Part shown: positions 9,247 through 19,597 of the stretch, in pieces
Layout: the number at the start of each line of letters is the position of its first letter
Numbering within the stretch: the first letter of the stretch is position 1
From: Bryobacterales bacterium
Lineage (GTDB): Bacteria > Acidobacteriota > Terriglobia > Bryobacterales > UBA6623
Direction of reading: 5' to 3'
NCBI GenBank assembly: GCA_963422375.2
Contig: OY729428.2
Span: 3,392,001-3,456,000, forward strand
DNA: 64,000 nucleotides
Program-made: the position numbers and the translations under genes
Notes under the pieces: generated by a model
What the model was told of the DNA's origin: nothing
What the model saw: the letters and a program-made list of their open reading frames with translations, nothing else
Database searches by the model: none

Positions 9247-9627
9247 TCAGTCCAGTCGAACCGACACGATCCTGGACGTCGTGACTGTCGAGTGCTTGGG
9301 GTGCTGGAACTCCATCCGCATGCCGCGCCCGAGGTAGGCGACCTTGAGCATCGAGCCGCCCCAGCTCGATCCGCGCACTCTCACCGGAACTGGTTCCGGG
9401 CAGTAGTCCGGGTGCCCCGAGATCCAGACCTGCCCCCTCCGAACGCGCAGTTCGTAGCGACGGTTCAGCGTCTGGACCAGCACGCGGCTGCCGTCCTTGA
9501 GCGTTCCCAAGCGGACGCCCCCCTCGACCTCCGAGCGCACGATGCGGGTGCGGACTCCTTTCGAGAGCCCGCGCAACGCCGGGATGAAGCCGGGACGGAC
9601 TCGACCGGTTCGATTCGATTCGCTCAT
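9247..9627 (-). CDS. Conserved hypothetical protein (126 aa)
   Basis: Globular-looking C-terminal part of ORF 9247..10083 from ATG 9627 ('ISGHPDYCPEP...GSSWGGSMLK...TTSRI'); follows the MoxR operon by 41 bp. Confidence 0.7.
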   Translation of the reverse strand: MSESNRTGRVRPGFIPALRGLSKGVRTRIVRSEVEGGVRLGTLKDGSRVLVQTLNRRYELRVRRGQVWISGHPDYCPEPVPVRVRGSSWGGSMLKVAYLGRGMRMEFQHPKHSTVTTSRIVSVRLD

Positions 9628-9668
9628 CTTCGACAGCGGCTCCGGCCGACATCGGAATCGGGCGAGCC

Positions 9669-12600
9669 CTAGCGTGCCCCTCCAAGCGTCCGGTAGTACT
9701 CCGCGACCGCCTCCCGGTACGGCTCGGGCACAGTTTCCGCGACGATCGCCCGGACCTCTTCCTTGTCGTCCAGCTCGACCTGCCTGCGCAGCTTGACCTC
9801 GAGCTGCTCCAGCAGGGCCAGCATCTTGCGGTACTCCTGCTCCAGCAGGTCCGGGTTGCCGAGAAACCGACCGTCGCCCAGTTCCCGGGCGAAACGCCTC
9901 AACTCCGCGATGTCCTGCGGGCTGAAATCGTCGTGGGTGCGCAGGCCTCGGGCCAGTGCAGGCACTTCGGCGATGCCTTGCTCCAAGGCGCGCTCCATGC
10001 GCTCGCGCGCGATGGGATCGCTGGCTGCCGGGGCGATGACGCCGGGTCGGCGCCTGCCTGTCGGATCTCCCCAGTTGCGCCATCCGCCGGGCGTATCTCC
10101 ATTCCGCTGCCCACGGGCCAGACCTTGCCTCGGGCCTCCGCCCTGCCCCTCCGCCTGTCCGCCTTCCTGGCGCTCACCGGGCTGCCGGCCTCGCGCCGCT
10201 TGCTCCCCGGGGCGGTCGCCCTGCTCCGCCCCCTCGCCGGGGCGGGCCGCTTCTTCCATCGCCCGCCGGAGCTGCTCGACCTCGGAGAGGGCGCGGGCCA
10301 GCCCGCGCTCTTCGCCGCCGCCTTCGCGCCGGACCAGCTCGCCCGCCTCGCGGATGTTGTCCCGCAGGCGCCGCAGGGCCCTAGACACGGCTTCCTCGTT
10401 GCTGGCCGCGTACGGAGCGAGGCCCCGCCGAACGAGATCCTCGGCGTACTGGATCGCCGGGGACGCCTCCGACTGCTGGAGTTCCGTCAGAGCGTCGAGC
10501 AGGGCCCTAGACGCCTCGTCGTTGCGCTCGCGCAGGGCCCGCGCCTGCCGCTGCAGGCCCTTCTCGACCTCGGACAGCCGCTGCCCCATGTCGCGCTTGC
10601 GATCCGCCAAGTCAATCTCCTGCTCGCGCGTCATGCCCGTGGGCAAGGGCCCGTTCTGCCGCCCCCCCTGGGCCTTGAGCGCTTCCAGCGCCACCCGCAG
10701 CGACTGCTGCAGTTCGGCCGCCGCCGCTTCCTGCTCCTCCGCCAGTGCCGCGGACTCCCGCGCCAGCTCGCCAAGTTCCGCCTCGCTCTCCTGGCGGCGC
10801 TGCTGCGCGAGCGACTCCACCGCGCGCTGCAATTCGCGCTGCGCGGCTGCCGACGACGCCCGCGGGTCGCCGCCCTGGCTGCCCCGCTCCATCTCGCGAG
10901 CGGCGCGCTCGAGCTGCTCGATCGTCCGCTCGAGCTGCCGCTCGCGGCTGCCGGCGCCGCCGGAGGATCTCTGCCCCTGCGCGCCTTGGCTGCTCTGGTT
11001 CCCGGCCTGCTGCCGACCGCCCTGCCGGCGGCGCTGCAGCTGCTCCAGCTGGCGCTTCAGATCCTCCGCTTCCCGTCGCAGCATCTCCTGCTGCCAGCGC
11101 TGCTCGAAGCTCGCCTGAGAGCGGTCGCGGGATCGCTCAGCCAGTCGCTCCTGACGGCGGGCGAGCTCCTCGAGCTTCTTCATCGCCTCGTCGATCTCGC
11201 GTTCGACCTGCTGGCCGGAAGCGCCGCCGCCCGTCTCGTACTGGTTCTTCTCCAGATCCATCTCGAGCTCGAACATCTCGGCCAGGTCGCGCGAGGCCCC
11301 GCCCCCTCCTCCGCCGCCGCCCCGGCCCATCGAGATCTGGATGTCCGTGAAGAGATTCTCGGCCCGGAGGAGGAACTGCAGCGCCTGCTGCTCGGGCTTG
11401 ACGGCGTCTTCGAGGCGGTACTCGTGCAGCGCCTCGGCCGCCGGCTGCATGAACCCGGCGGCCTGCTCGAGATACTCGGCGAACTGGGCGAACTTGGGAT
11501 CCGCGCCGGTCAGCTGGCGCGCCCGCGTCCTCTGCACGAGCGTCTGCGCCTGCTGCATCAGCGTCCCTTGGAGGTCGGACAGCATCGACGCGCTCTCGCG
11601 CAGCTTGCTCTCCTCGCGCCCGTCGCCGGCCTTGCGCTCGTTGATGAGATTCCACGTCGCGAGGATGATCTCTTTCTGCCGACGAGAGATCTCGTCCTGC
11701 CGCTGGCCCTGGCCTCCCTGCCCCGGGGCCTGCTGCGACTGGGAGAACCGGCGCGCGTACGGCTGGACGTTAATGAAGTACATGTCGCTGCGAATCTCGC
11801 GCTTGGCGTCCTTCGCGACGACGTAGTAGCTGATCAGATCGCCCGGCAGCAGGCTCGCAGCCGGAGCCGGAGCCGGCAGGCCCGGCGCGCTCTCCGCGAC
11901 CGGAAGGGTCACGGCCTCGCGGGGACCGCCCAGGTCCTCCAGGTAGAAGACGTGCCGGCTCTCGGCCTCCCGGGCGCCGCGCCCGGACGGCAGGCGCACC
12001 GCGGTCTCGTCGCCTCCGTTGACCGAGTAGCGCAGCTCCAGGCCGCGCAGGCCGAAGTCGTCGGTCGCACTGACTGCAACAGGCACCTCCTCGATGCTGC
12101 TGGCGCGCCAGTCGCGACCCGGCTCGCGAATCTTGACCTCCGGCTTCTCGTCCGGGACGGCCGTGATGAAGTAGTCCTCGGTCAGCCGCACCCGCTCGCC
12201 GCGGTAGCTGGCCGCGACGTGGTAGGTGGAATCCTCGTCGACCTCGATCTCGGCCCGGTTGCCGCGCAGGCCGGCCTGCTGGCCACCGAGCACCAGCAGG
12301 CCGCCGTCCAGAGGCTTGTCGGTCGTCAGGATCACGGCTACCCGCGTGCCTCGCACCGCCATGATGTCGCCGCCCGGATCCTGCACCTCGCGCGCCAAGC
12401 CGCTCCATGCGGGATACTCGTACTCCAGCCGGATGTTCTCCACGGAGGGCATGGCGACGACCTCGACGGTGAACTCCCGGCTGCGCATGCGGCCGGCCTC
12501 GACGTAGTAGCGCAGCGGCTCGCGCACCATGGAAAAGGCGAACTCGTAGCCCGAACCGTCCAGCCGCGGGCCCATCGGCGCACGCTCCCAGTCCACGCTG

Positions 12601-13322
12601 CTCTCGAACTTGGCGAAGATCTCGGCGCCCCCCGGCTCGAAGCCGACCACCTCGGCCGTGACGTCCAGCCGGCCCCCCTTGCGAATCGTGGCGTCTCCCG
12701 GCTCGACTACCAGCTCGTACAGGGGGTCGGCCTGGTCCAGGAACCAGCCGGCCCAGAGCTTCTGGGTGCCGTAGCTCCAGTAGCCCGGACCCGAAGTGCC
12801 GAGCCACAGCAGCGCGAGCAGGCCGGCGAAGGCGGCTCCCGCGAAGGCGATCGTCGCCGCGCGGCTCACCACCGAATCGAGCGGGACTGCGGCGGCGGCC
12901 CGCTCGGTGTCGCGGGCCAGCAGCCCCAGCAAGGGGCTCGGAGCCCCGCCGCTGCGATCGGCCCGGGCGCGCTCGTCGGCCCAGGTCCTCAGCCGCCCGT
13001 CGAATTCCGGCGACCGCCGCTCGGCCTCGTCCGCGGCCCGCTGCAGGGCGGGCCTGCGCAGCAGGCGAAGCAGCGGCAGCACGAGCAGGCCGGCGGCTGC
13101 GGCCGCCAGCGTCGCGAACAGGAACGCCCGCGAGCCGAAGACGCTGGCAGGGGAGAATGCTGCGCGGTTGGCGAGGAACACGCAGACGGCCGTGGAGAGC
13201 AGCGCCGTCAGCGCCACCGCTCCGGCCCCGCGGGTCGCGACGGTAACCCGCAGCCGCCGGGCTATGGACCGAAGATACTCGTCGAGACTGCCGCCAGCCG
13301 GCGCCTGCTGACCGAATAGCAT
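9669..13322 (-). CDS. Large membrane-anchored protein with Ig-like segments and a long Q/E/R-rich coiled coil (DUF4175-like)
   Basis: N-terminal TM helices, beta-rich 'SATDDFGL' region, long helical Gln/Glu-rich tail, C-terminal 'VPEPYREAVAEYYRTL'. Confidence 0.8.
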   Translation of the reverse strand: MLFGQQAPAGGSLDEYLRSIARRLRVTVATRGAGAVALTALLSTAVCVFLANRAAFSPASVFGSRAFLFATLAAAAAGLLVLPLLRLLRRPALQRAADEAERRSPEFDGRLRTWADERARADRSGGAPSPLLGLLARDTERAAAAVPLDSVVSRAATIAFAGAAFAGLLALLWLGTSGPGYWSYGTQKLWAGWFLDQADPLYELVVEPGDATIRKGGRLDVTAEVVGFEPGGAEIFAKFESSVDWERAPMGPRLDGSGYEFAFSMVREPLRYYVEAGRMRSREFTVEVVAMPSVENIRLEYEYPAWSGLAREVQDPGGDIMAVRGTRVAVILTTDKPLDGGLLVLGGQQAGLRGNRAEIEVDEDSTYHVAASYRGERVRLTEDYFITAVPDEKPEVKIREPGRDWRASSIEEVPVAVSATDDFGLRGLELRYSVNGGDETAVRLPSGRGAREAESRHVFYLEDLGGPREAVTLPVAESAPGLPAPAPAASLLPGDLISYYVVAKDAKREIRSDMYFINVQPYARRFSQSQQAPGQGGQGQRQDEISRRQKEIILATWNLINERKAGDGREESKLRESASMLSDLQGTLMQQAQTLVQRTRARQLTGADPKFAQFAEYLEQAAGFMQPAAEALHEYRLEDAVKPEQQALQFLLRAENLFTDIQISMGRGGGGGGGGASRDLAEMFELEMDLEKNQYETGGGASGQQVEREIDEAMKKLEELARRQERLAERSRDRSQASFEQRWQQEMLRREAEDLKRQLEQLQRRRQGGRQQAGNQSSQGAQGQRSSGGAGSRERQLERTIEQLERAAREMERGSQGGDPRASSAAAQRELQRAVESLAQQRRQESEAELGELARESAALAEEQEAAAAELQQSLRVALEALKAQGGRQNGPLPTGMTREQEIDLADRKRDMGQRLSEVEKGLQRQARALRERNDEASRALLDALTELQQSEASPAIQYAEDLVRRGLAPYAASNEEAVSRALRRLRDNIREAGELVRREGGGEERGLARALSEVEQLRRAMEEAARPGEGAEQGDRPGEQAARGRQPGERQEGGQAEGQGGGPRQGLARGQRNGDTPGGWRNWGDPTGRRRPGVIAPAASDPIARERMERALEQGIAEVPALARGLRTHDDFSPQDIAELRRFARELGDGRFLGNPDLLEQEYRKMLALLEQLEVKLRRQVELDDKEEVRAIVAETVPEPYREAVAEYYRTLGGAR

Positions 13323-13325
13323 CGT

Positions 13326-15341
13326 CTAGTCCCCCCTCACGGCATTCAAGTGCCGGTTACCCACGAAAGATTCTAGCAGCGACGCCAGAACGAGCAGTCC
13401 CAGCACCAGCCGCCACATGCGCCAGGGAGGGGCGGTCGGAGGGGACATTCCGGCCGCGTCGACCTGCGGCGCCGCCGACTCGCCGGTGGACCGCCACAGT
13501 TCCAGCGTGTCCCTGTCGATCCGGCGCAGGTCCGACTCGCGGGAGTCCGGGTTCACCGCCAGCAGTTCCGCCAGGCTGCCGCCGCGGATCTCGTAAAATC
13601 CCACCGACTCGAGCGGCAGGGCGTCGCGGCTCACCGAATCGGAAAGGTTCAGGACCGATTGCCCGCCGGGGTCGACGACCTGCACCGACGCTCCGGCGGC
13701 CCGGCGCGGGCTGAGCTCGAGCACGTCGCCGAGAGTGGCCTCGCCGCGGGCGGACTCGGCGCCGGTGAGGTAGCGCGCCGCCTCGCTCACGAACGGCACG
13801 AAAACGGGCGTCAGCGGGAGGTCGTTCCAGACATTGTCCAAGGCCGACGCGAACACCAGCGCGCGGCCCCTGCCGATAGCCCGCTCGACCAGCAGCGGAT
13901 CTCCGTTGCCCAGCCGGAGCGGGACCTCGTCGCCCTCGAGGGGGCGGACGCGGGCGTGCAGGTAGAACTTGGCGGGGCGCAAGCCCTCGGCCGCGACCGT
14001 CACCGGATGCGAACCGTCGGCTTCCCCGGCAACTTGAAAAGGAGCCCCGCCGGCCTCCGAGGCCAGCGCCTGCTCCACCTCGTGGCCGGTCAGGGCGACC
14101 CGCCGGGCCAGCGCGCTGGCCGGCCCGAGCGCGACCAGCAGCGCCCCGCCGCCCTCGACCCACGCCTCCAGGCGCGACTCGAAGCCTGCCTCGAGGCGCG
14201 GCACGTCGGAGAGCACTACCAAGGCGAAGCGCTCGGGGTCCAGTCGCCCCGCCTCGCCGGGGGAAACGCTCTCGATGCGGTAGCTGGAGGAGGAGCTGGC
14301 CTCGATCGCCGCGCGGAAGTACAGCAGGTCGCGCTTGCGGCTGTCTTGCGATACGAACAGCAGCGGCCGCGGCTCGGTGTTGTCCAGCGCGACCCGGCGC
14401 GCGTCGTCAGCGGCAAGCTCGTCCGACGGTTCCAAGCGAAACTCCGCCCGGCTGAACCCGCGCGGCGCGTCCGTAATTTCGAACGCGAAGGCGGCCCGGC
14501 CCGCGGCCGGCACTTCCTGGCGCTGGCTGCCCGCGAGCCGGCCGTCGATCCACAGCGAGACGGTCCTGAAGGCGTCGTCCTCCGAGAAGCTGGCCACCGT
14601 CGCCTCGAGGCGCGGAGAGTCCGTGCCATGTATCCGGGTGCTGCCGGTTACCCCGTCGAGCGCCCAGTTGTCGGACCGTCCGGCGGAGACGTCGCGGACC
14701 GTCAGATCAGCCCCTGGCGGCAGGACCAGGTCTTGGAAGCGCGCCGGCATGGCGGACCGCTGCAGGTCGGAGATCAGATGCACCTCGACGGGCGCGGTCT
14801 CGCCGGCTGCCAGCGTGCGCACGGCCTCGATGACATCCCCGTAGCTGTTGCGGGCGTCGGTAGGGCGCAGCCCGGCCAGCGCCCGGCGCAGGGCCGCGGC
14901 GTCCCCGGTAGCCTCGGTGAGCACGCGGACGGACGGGCCGTTGGCGATGATCTGGGCGCGGTCGCCCTCGCCAAGGGAGCTCACGATGCCCTCGGCCTCG
15001 TCCAGCGCCGCCTCCCAGCGGTCGCCGTGCTGCATGCTCAGCGAGGTGTCGACCGCGACGAGGTGCAGCCTCGGAATGTCACCGGCGATCACCGCGGGCG
15101 GGCGCTCCCACACCGGCTTGGAGAAGGCCAGGGCGAGCAGCAGAAGCAAGGCGAGCCGCAGCGCCAGCAGGAGCAGGTAGCGCAGTCGGCGCTCCCGTAC
15201 CGTCGTCTCGGAGCGCTTGCGGAAGAACATCAGCGAGCTGAAGGGCACGCGGACCGGATTCTGGCGCCGCATCAAGTGCAGCCACAGCGGCAGCCCGACC
15301 GCCAGCCCGCCGGCGAGGAACCAAGGCATCAGCAGATCCAT
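13326..15341 (-). CDS. BatA N-terminal domain + vWA domain membrane protein
   Basis: 'PLWLHLMRR...VPFSSLMF...LLLALRL...LAFSKP' BatA signature; MIDAS VDTSLSM; 'HLISDLQ'; C-terminal 'NPDSRESDL' plus TM. Confidence 0.9.
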   Translation of the reverse strand: MDLLMPWFLAGGLAVGLPLWLHLMRRQNPVRVPFSSLMFFRKRSETTVRERRLRYLLLLALRLALLLLLALAFSKPVWERPPAVIAGDIPRLHLVAVDTSLSMQHGDRWEAALDEAEGIVSSLGEGDRAQIIANGPSVRVLTEATGDAAALRRALAGLRPTDARNSYGDVIEAVRTLAAGETAPVEVHLISDLQRSAMPARFQDLVLPPGADLTVRDVSAGRSDNWALDGVTGSTRIHGTDSPRLEATVASFSEDDAFRTVSLWIDGRLAGSQRQEVPAAGRAAFAFEITDAPRGFSRAEFRLEPSDELAADDARRVALDNTEPRPLLFVSQDSRKRDLLYFRAAIEASSSSSYRIESVSPGEAGRLDPERFALVVLSDVPRLEAGFESRLEAWVEGGGALLVALGPASALARRVALTGHEVEQALASEAGGAPFQVAGEADGSHPVTVAAEGLRPAKFYLHARVRPLEGDEVPLRLGNGDPLLVERAIGRGRALVFASALDNVWNDLPLTPVFVPFVSEAARYLTGAESARGEATLGDVLELSPRRAAGASVQVVDPGGQSVLNLSDSVSRDALPLESVGFYEIRGGSLAELLAVNPDSRESDLRRIDRDTLELWRSTGESAAPQVDAAGMSPPTAPPWRMWRLVLGLLVLASLLESFVGNRHLNAVRGD

Positions 15342-15345
15342 CGAG

Positions 15346-16236
15346 TCAGCGCCTCCTCTGCCGGAAGAGCAGGTACTCGCGCAGGGCCAAGTCCAAGGGC
15401 TTGGCGGTATTCAGCAGGACGTAGTCGGCTCCCTCCCCGGCCACCCGGTCGCGGAGGGCCTCGATGTGGGCGCGGATCATCCGCGGGTACTCGCGCCGGG
15501 CGTAGTCGGACGACACCTCCATCTCCTCCCCGGTTTCCATGTCCTCGATCAGGGCCGCGGCGCGGATGTCAGGGTCCAGCTCGGCCGGGTCGAGGACGTG
15601 AAAGAGCACCAAGTCCTGGCCCTGGTAGGTGAGCGCCCGCAGCGATCTGACGATCTCGCCGGGGTCGACGAAGAAGTCAGAGATCATCGCGACCAAGCCC
15701 CGGCGGCGGATCAGGCGGCGCAGCGCCTGCAGGGGCAGGTCGAGATCCGTGCCCGTGGAGGCCTCGGCCCGCTCGAGCGCGTGCAGGACGCTCTGGAGAT
15801 GCCGCGGCCGGAAGACCGCCGGCCGCACCTCGCGAATCTTCTCGTCGAACAGCACCAGCCCGACGGCGTCGTGCTGACGCGTGGAGAGGTAGGCCAGGGC
15901 GGCTGCCAGGAAGCGGGCGTACTCGAGCTTGGTCGCGCCGCCCGAGCCGTAGCCCATCGACGCGCTGGTATCGACCAGCAGCATCAGGTGGGTGTTCGTC
16001 TCACCGAGAAAGCGCTTGACGTAGACTCGGTCGGTGCGGGAGAGGACGTTCCAGTCGATGTAGCGCGGGTCGTCGCCTTCCGTGTAGGCCCGGTACTCGG
16101 CGAATTCCTGGCTGAAGCCGAACAGGGGCGAGCGATGCTCGCCGTGCAGGAAGCCGTCCACGACGGTCCGGGCGACGAGCTCGATGTTGGCGAGGCGCTG
16201 CAGGATCACGGGGTCGAGCAGCTGCTGGATGGCCAT
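15346..16236 (-). CDS. DUF58 (vWA-like) protein
   Basis: 'GEHRSPLFGFSQEFAEYRAYTEGDDPRYIDW', VDTSASM, 'ISDF'; adjacent to moxR. Confidence 0.93.
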   Translation of the reverse strand: MAIQQLLDPVILQRLANIELVARTVVDGFLHGEHRSPLFGFSQEFAEYRAYTEGDDPRYIDWNVLSRTDRVYVKRFLGETNTHLMLLVDTSASMGYGSGGATKLEYARFLAAALAYLSTRQHDAVGLVLFDEKIREVRPAVFRPRHLQSVLHALERAEASTGTDLDLPLQALRRLIRRRGLVAMISDFFVDPGEIVRSLRALTYQGQDLVLFHVLDPAELDPDIRAAALIEDMETGEEMEVSSDYARREYPRMIRAHIEALRDRVAGEGADYVLLNTAKPLDLALREYLLFRQRRR

Positions 16237-16295
16237 CGGGTTCAGCCCCCTCGCCCGCCCGGCCCTTCCGGCCGCCCCGGCCCGCGCATGGCAGC

Positions 16296-17327
16296 CTAGC
16301 TCTCGGCCGGCGCGGGCTTCGCCTCAACCATCGCCTGCAGGATGTCGTCGACCGTCTTGCGGTCCGATTCCGCGTGGAAGTTCGTCAGGACGCGGTGCCG
16401 GAGAATCGGCAGGGCCAGCGCCTTGAGGTCGTCGACGCTGACGTGGTAGCGGCCGTCCAAGAGGGCCCTCGCCTTGGCGGCCAGAACGAGGAACTGGGTC
16501 GCTCGAACGCTGGCGCCGTAGTTCACGTACTTGCTGACGATCTCGGGGGCTTCCGGGTCGGTGGGCCGCGTCGATCGGATCAGCGACACCGCGTAGAGCG
16601 CTACGGGCTCGGAAACGGGCACCTGGCGCACGAGCCACTGGTACTTGAGGATATCCTCGGCCGTCGTCACCGGCGTGACCTCCGGCAGGGGCGTGCCCGC
16701 GGTGTTGCGCTCGACGACCTCCACCTCCTGCTCGGGAGAGAGGTAGTCGAGGACGACGTTGAAGAGGAACCGGTCGAGCTGCGCCTCCGGCAGGGGGTAG
16801 GTGCCCTCCAGTTCGATCGGGTTCTGCGTCGCGAGCACGAAGAAAGGCAGGGTCAGCCGATAGCTGGTGCCGCGCACCGTCACGGAGTGCTCCTGCATCG
16901 CTTCCAGCAGCGCCGCCTGGGTCTTGGGCGGCGTCCGGTTGACCTCGTCGGCCAGTAGCACGTTCGTGAAGAGCGGCCCTTGGACGAAGGTCCAGCTGCG
17001 GCGGCCCGTCGCGGAGTCCTCCTCGAGGATGTCGGTGCCCGTTATGTCGGTCGGCATCAGGTCGGGCGTGAACTGGATGCGCTTGAAGGTGAGGCCGAGC
17101 GAGGAGGCGAGCGTGCTGACGAGCAGGGTCTTGGCCGTGCCGGGCATGCCGGTGATGAGGCAGTGCCCGCCGACGAGCAGGGTGACCAGCAGGTTGTCGA
17201 TGACCTCGTCCTGCCCGACGATGATGAGGCCCACCTGCTCACGGATTCTGTCCATCGAAGCCGAGAACCGAGCGACGAGCCCCTCCATGTCAGCGGTCTT
17301 CAGGTCGGCGGCTGCAACGGCTTCCAT
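16296..17327 (-). CDS. moxR: MoxR-family AAA+ ATPase
   Basis: Walker A GMPGTAKT, RIQFTPDLMPTDITG, Walker B LLADEVNR, ATQNPIELEGTYPLPEAQLDRF. Confidence 0.95.
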   Translation of the reverse strand: MEAVAAADLKTADMEGLVARFSASMDRIREQVGLIIVGQDEVIDNLLVTLLVGGHCLITGMPGTAKTLLVSTLASSLGLTFKRIQFTPDLMPTDITGTDILEEDSATGRRSWTFVQGPLFTNVLLADEVNRTPPKTQAALLEAMQEHSVTVRGTSYRLTLPFFVLATQNPIELEGTYPLPEAQLDRFLFNVVLDYLSPEQEVEVVERNTAGTPLPEVTPVTTAEDILKYQWLVRQVPVSEPVALYAVSLIRSTRPTDPEAPEIVSKYVNYGASVRATQFLVLAAKARALLDGRYHVSVDDLKALALPILRHRVLTNFHAESDRKTVDDILQAMVEAKPAPAES

Positions 17328-17335
17328 CTGTGTTC

Positions 17336-19597
17336 CTATTTCTTGACCCGCATCAGGAGTTGCAGGGCGGGGCGGTAGGTAGGCGCGCTCTCGAGAGCCT
17401 GCAGGACGTGCAGGCGCGCCTTGGCAAGATCGCCTATCTTAACGTAGGCTCGCGCAAGGCTGTACTCGGCCTCGGCCCGGTCCAGCGGGTCCAGGGCCAG
17501 CGCGGCCTCGAACTCGCGCACCGCCAGATCCGTCCTGCCGGCCGCCAAATGGAGTTCGCCGAGACGGGCGTGCGTGCGCTCCTCCTGCGGCCAGACGTAG
17601 AGCAGCCCGTCGTAGGTGTAGGCCGCCTCGGCGCCCCGGCCGGCTTCCTCGAGCCAGCCCGCCAGCTTGCTCAGCGTTTCCGGCTGGCGGCCGCCGCGCC
17701 GCTCGTACTCCTGCAGCTCGGCGATCGCCGCCGCGCGGTCGCCTGACCCCTCGTGGGCCATGGCGAGCAGGGAGTAAGCGCAGCCGACCCCGACATGCTG
17801 CGGGTAGGCCCGCCTGGCAGCCTCCGCCGGCTCGAAGACCGCGTCCCATTCCTTGTCGCGGGCGGCTTCGAGAGCCGATTCCAGGCTCCGCCGCCAGGAC
17901 CGCGTCCCGTCCACGGCGGGTCCCAGGTCGTCGCGGATGTACGTGTCGAGCCCTTCATCGAACTGCTCGGGCGCGATGGCCAGAACCTCCTGGATGTTCG
18001 CGGCCGTCCCCGTCCCGGCGGCGAAGCCTTGGAGCAGCTCCACGAGCTTTCCCTCGCCCCAAGTCTCGGCGATGTACCGGCAGGCGTAACCGGCCTGCAT
18101 GTACGACACCGCGATCTGCTCGGGATAGCGCGGACGGATGAACCCCCTGTCGAGCTCGGCGACCGGCAGCAGGTCGCCCTTGCGCACGGCTTGGATGAAG
18201 TCCGGAGTCACCGGCTCGCCCCACCGCGGATCAGCCATCCACTCCTCGTACATGGAGATCCCTTCCGAGTACCAGCGCGGCACCAGGTTCGCCGTGGCTT
18301 GGAGCGTGAAGACGTGGGCCATCTCGTGCCAGAGCGTGGTCCCCCAGTGGAAGTCGCCCGGCGCGCGCCCGGAGGGGCTGTCCATCGCGACCACGTCACC
18401 GAAAGTCACGCCGAGGAGGCCCACGCCCGGCATGCCCATGGTGCGGACGGCGAAGTCCTCGTGGTTCGGGTACAGATCCACGCGCACAGGGCGGTCCAGC
18501 TCGAATTCGTACTTGCGCGAGAACTCCTCGATGGCACGCTCGACGAGGTCCAACACGTAGGGCCGCAGCAGCTCCGCCTCGTCCGTGTCCAGGCGGACGA
18601 TGGCGCGAGGCACCGCGCCGACCGCAGGAGCCGCGCTCGAGAAGGTCTCGAACCGGCTGTCCTGCATGTCGAGCAGGCGCAGCGTGTTGACGGTCTTGGC
18701 GCTGTAGGGGTCGCCCTCGTAGGCGGTCTCGAGGTGGCGCCTGGCCTCCGCGTCCCTGCCCTCGCGCAGGAGGTTGACGCCGAGTTCCGCGTGCGCCCGC
18801 CACAAGCGGGGATTGACGTCCAGCGCCCGGCGCAGCCTCTCGGTCGCCTCGCGGTAGCGCCGGTTGATCACGTAGAAGTGCGCCTGCTCGGCGTAGACCT
18901 CGCCGTAGCGCGGGTTGTACTCGAGGGTCTTGCGCACCCACTCGCTCTCGGGGTGGCCCTCGAGCATTTCGAGCGAGGCCAGCAGGGCGTAGGACTCGAG
19001 CGGCGCGACCTCCAGATCGAGCGACTCGCGCAAAGCGGCCTCCAGGGACTCGCGCGCCTGCTCGCGATCGCCTTCCTCGAGCGCCATGCGGGCCAGCAGC
19101 AAGTGGCCTTCGACCTGCCGGGGGCGCTCCTCCAAGGTCGCGCGGACCGCCTCGATCGCCTTGCCGTCGAAGCGCGTGGAAAGGACCCGCGCCATGCCGA
19201 GCCGGGCCGGCACGTGCTCGCCGTCGATCTCGAGCGCCTCCTCGAACAGGGCCGCGGCCTCCGCGTCCTGGTGCGAGTCGACATACAGGTGCCCCCAGCG
19301 GACCCGCAGATCGGGGTTTTCCGGATCCAGGCGCACGGCCTCGCGGAAGCCCTGGTTCGCCGCCTTGAGGTCGCCCAGCATCCAGTGGGCCTCGGCCCGC
19401 GCCTGCGGGTCTCCCGCCGAGAGGAGCTCCCGGTAGCACTGCCGCGCCTCCGCTAGGCGCCCCCGGTCATGCTCGATGTCGCAAGGCTCGAGCGGGGCGG
19501 GTCGGGCTCCCCGGTTGGAGCCGCGCTGGGCGCGGGCCCCGCCGGCCCACGCGATCATCAGAGCCGCCGCCAGGCAGATCGGGATCGCTCTCGTCAC
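17336..19597 (-). CDS. Secreted TPR-repeat protein with central zincin (peptidase MA-like) domain
   Basis: Signal peptide, many TPR-like helices, HEXXH motif (WHEMAH) followed by 'PRWYSEGISMYEE'. Confidence 0.88.
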   Translation of the reverse strand: MTRAIPICLAAALMIAWAGGARAQRGSNRGARPAPLEPCDIEHDRGRLAEARQCYRELLSAGDPQARAEAHWMLGDLKAANQGFREAVRLDPENPDLRVRWGHLYVDSHQDAEAAALFEEALEIDGEHVPARLGMARVLSTRFDGKAIEAVRATLEERPRQVEGHLLLARMALEEGDREQARESLEAALRESLDLEVAPLESYALLASLEMLEGHPESEWVRKTLEYNPRYGEVYAEQAHFYVINRRYREATERLRRALDVNPRLWRAHAELGVNLLREGRDAEARRHLETAYEGDPYSAKTVNTLRLLDMQDSRFETFSSAAPAVGAVPRAIVRLDTDEAELLRPYVLDLVERAIEEFSRKYEFELDRPVRVDLYPNHEDFAVRTMGMPGVGLLGVTFGDVVAMDSPSGRAPGDFHWGTTLWHEMAHVFTLQATANLVPRWYSEGISMYEEWMADPRWGEPVTPDFIQAVRKGDLLPVAELDRGFIRPRYPEQIAVSYMQAGYACRYIAETWGEGKLVELLQGFAAGTGTAANIQEVLAIAPEQFDEGLDTYIRDDLGPAVDGTRSWRRSLESALEAARDKEWDAVFEPAEAARRAYPQHVGVGCAYSLLAMAHEGSGDRAAAIAELQEYERRGGRQPETLSKLAGWLEEAGRGAEAAYTYDGLLYVWPQEERTHARLGELHLAAGRTDLAVREFEAALALDPLDRAEAEYSLARAYVKIGDLAKARLHVLQALESAPTYRPALQLLMRVKK

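Noticed and set aside
9933..13319. Very long antisense/shadow ORFs (also 682-2187, 20787-23675, 45765-49322 and many others)
   Set aside because: They mirror well-supported genes on the other strand; stop-poor frames are expected at ~70% GC and show no motifs.
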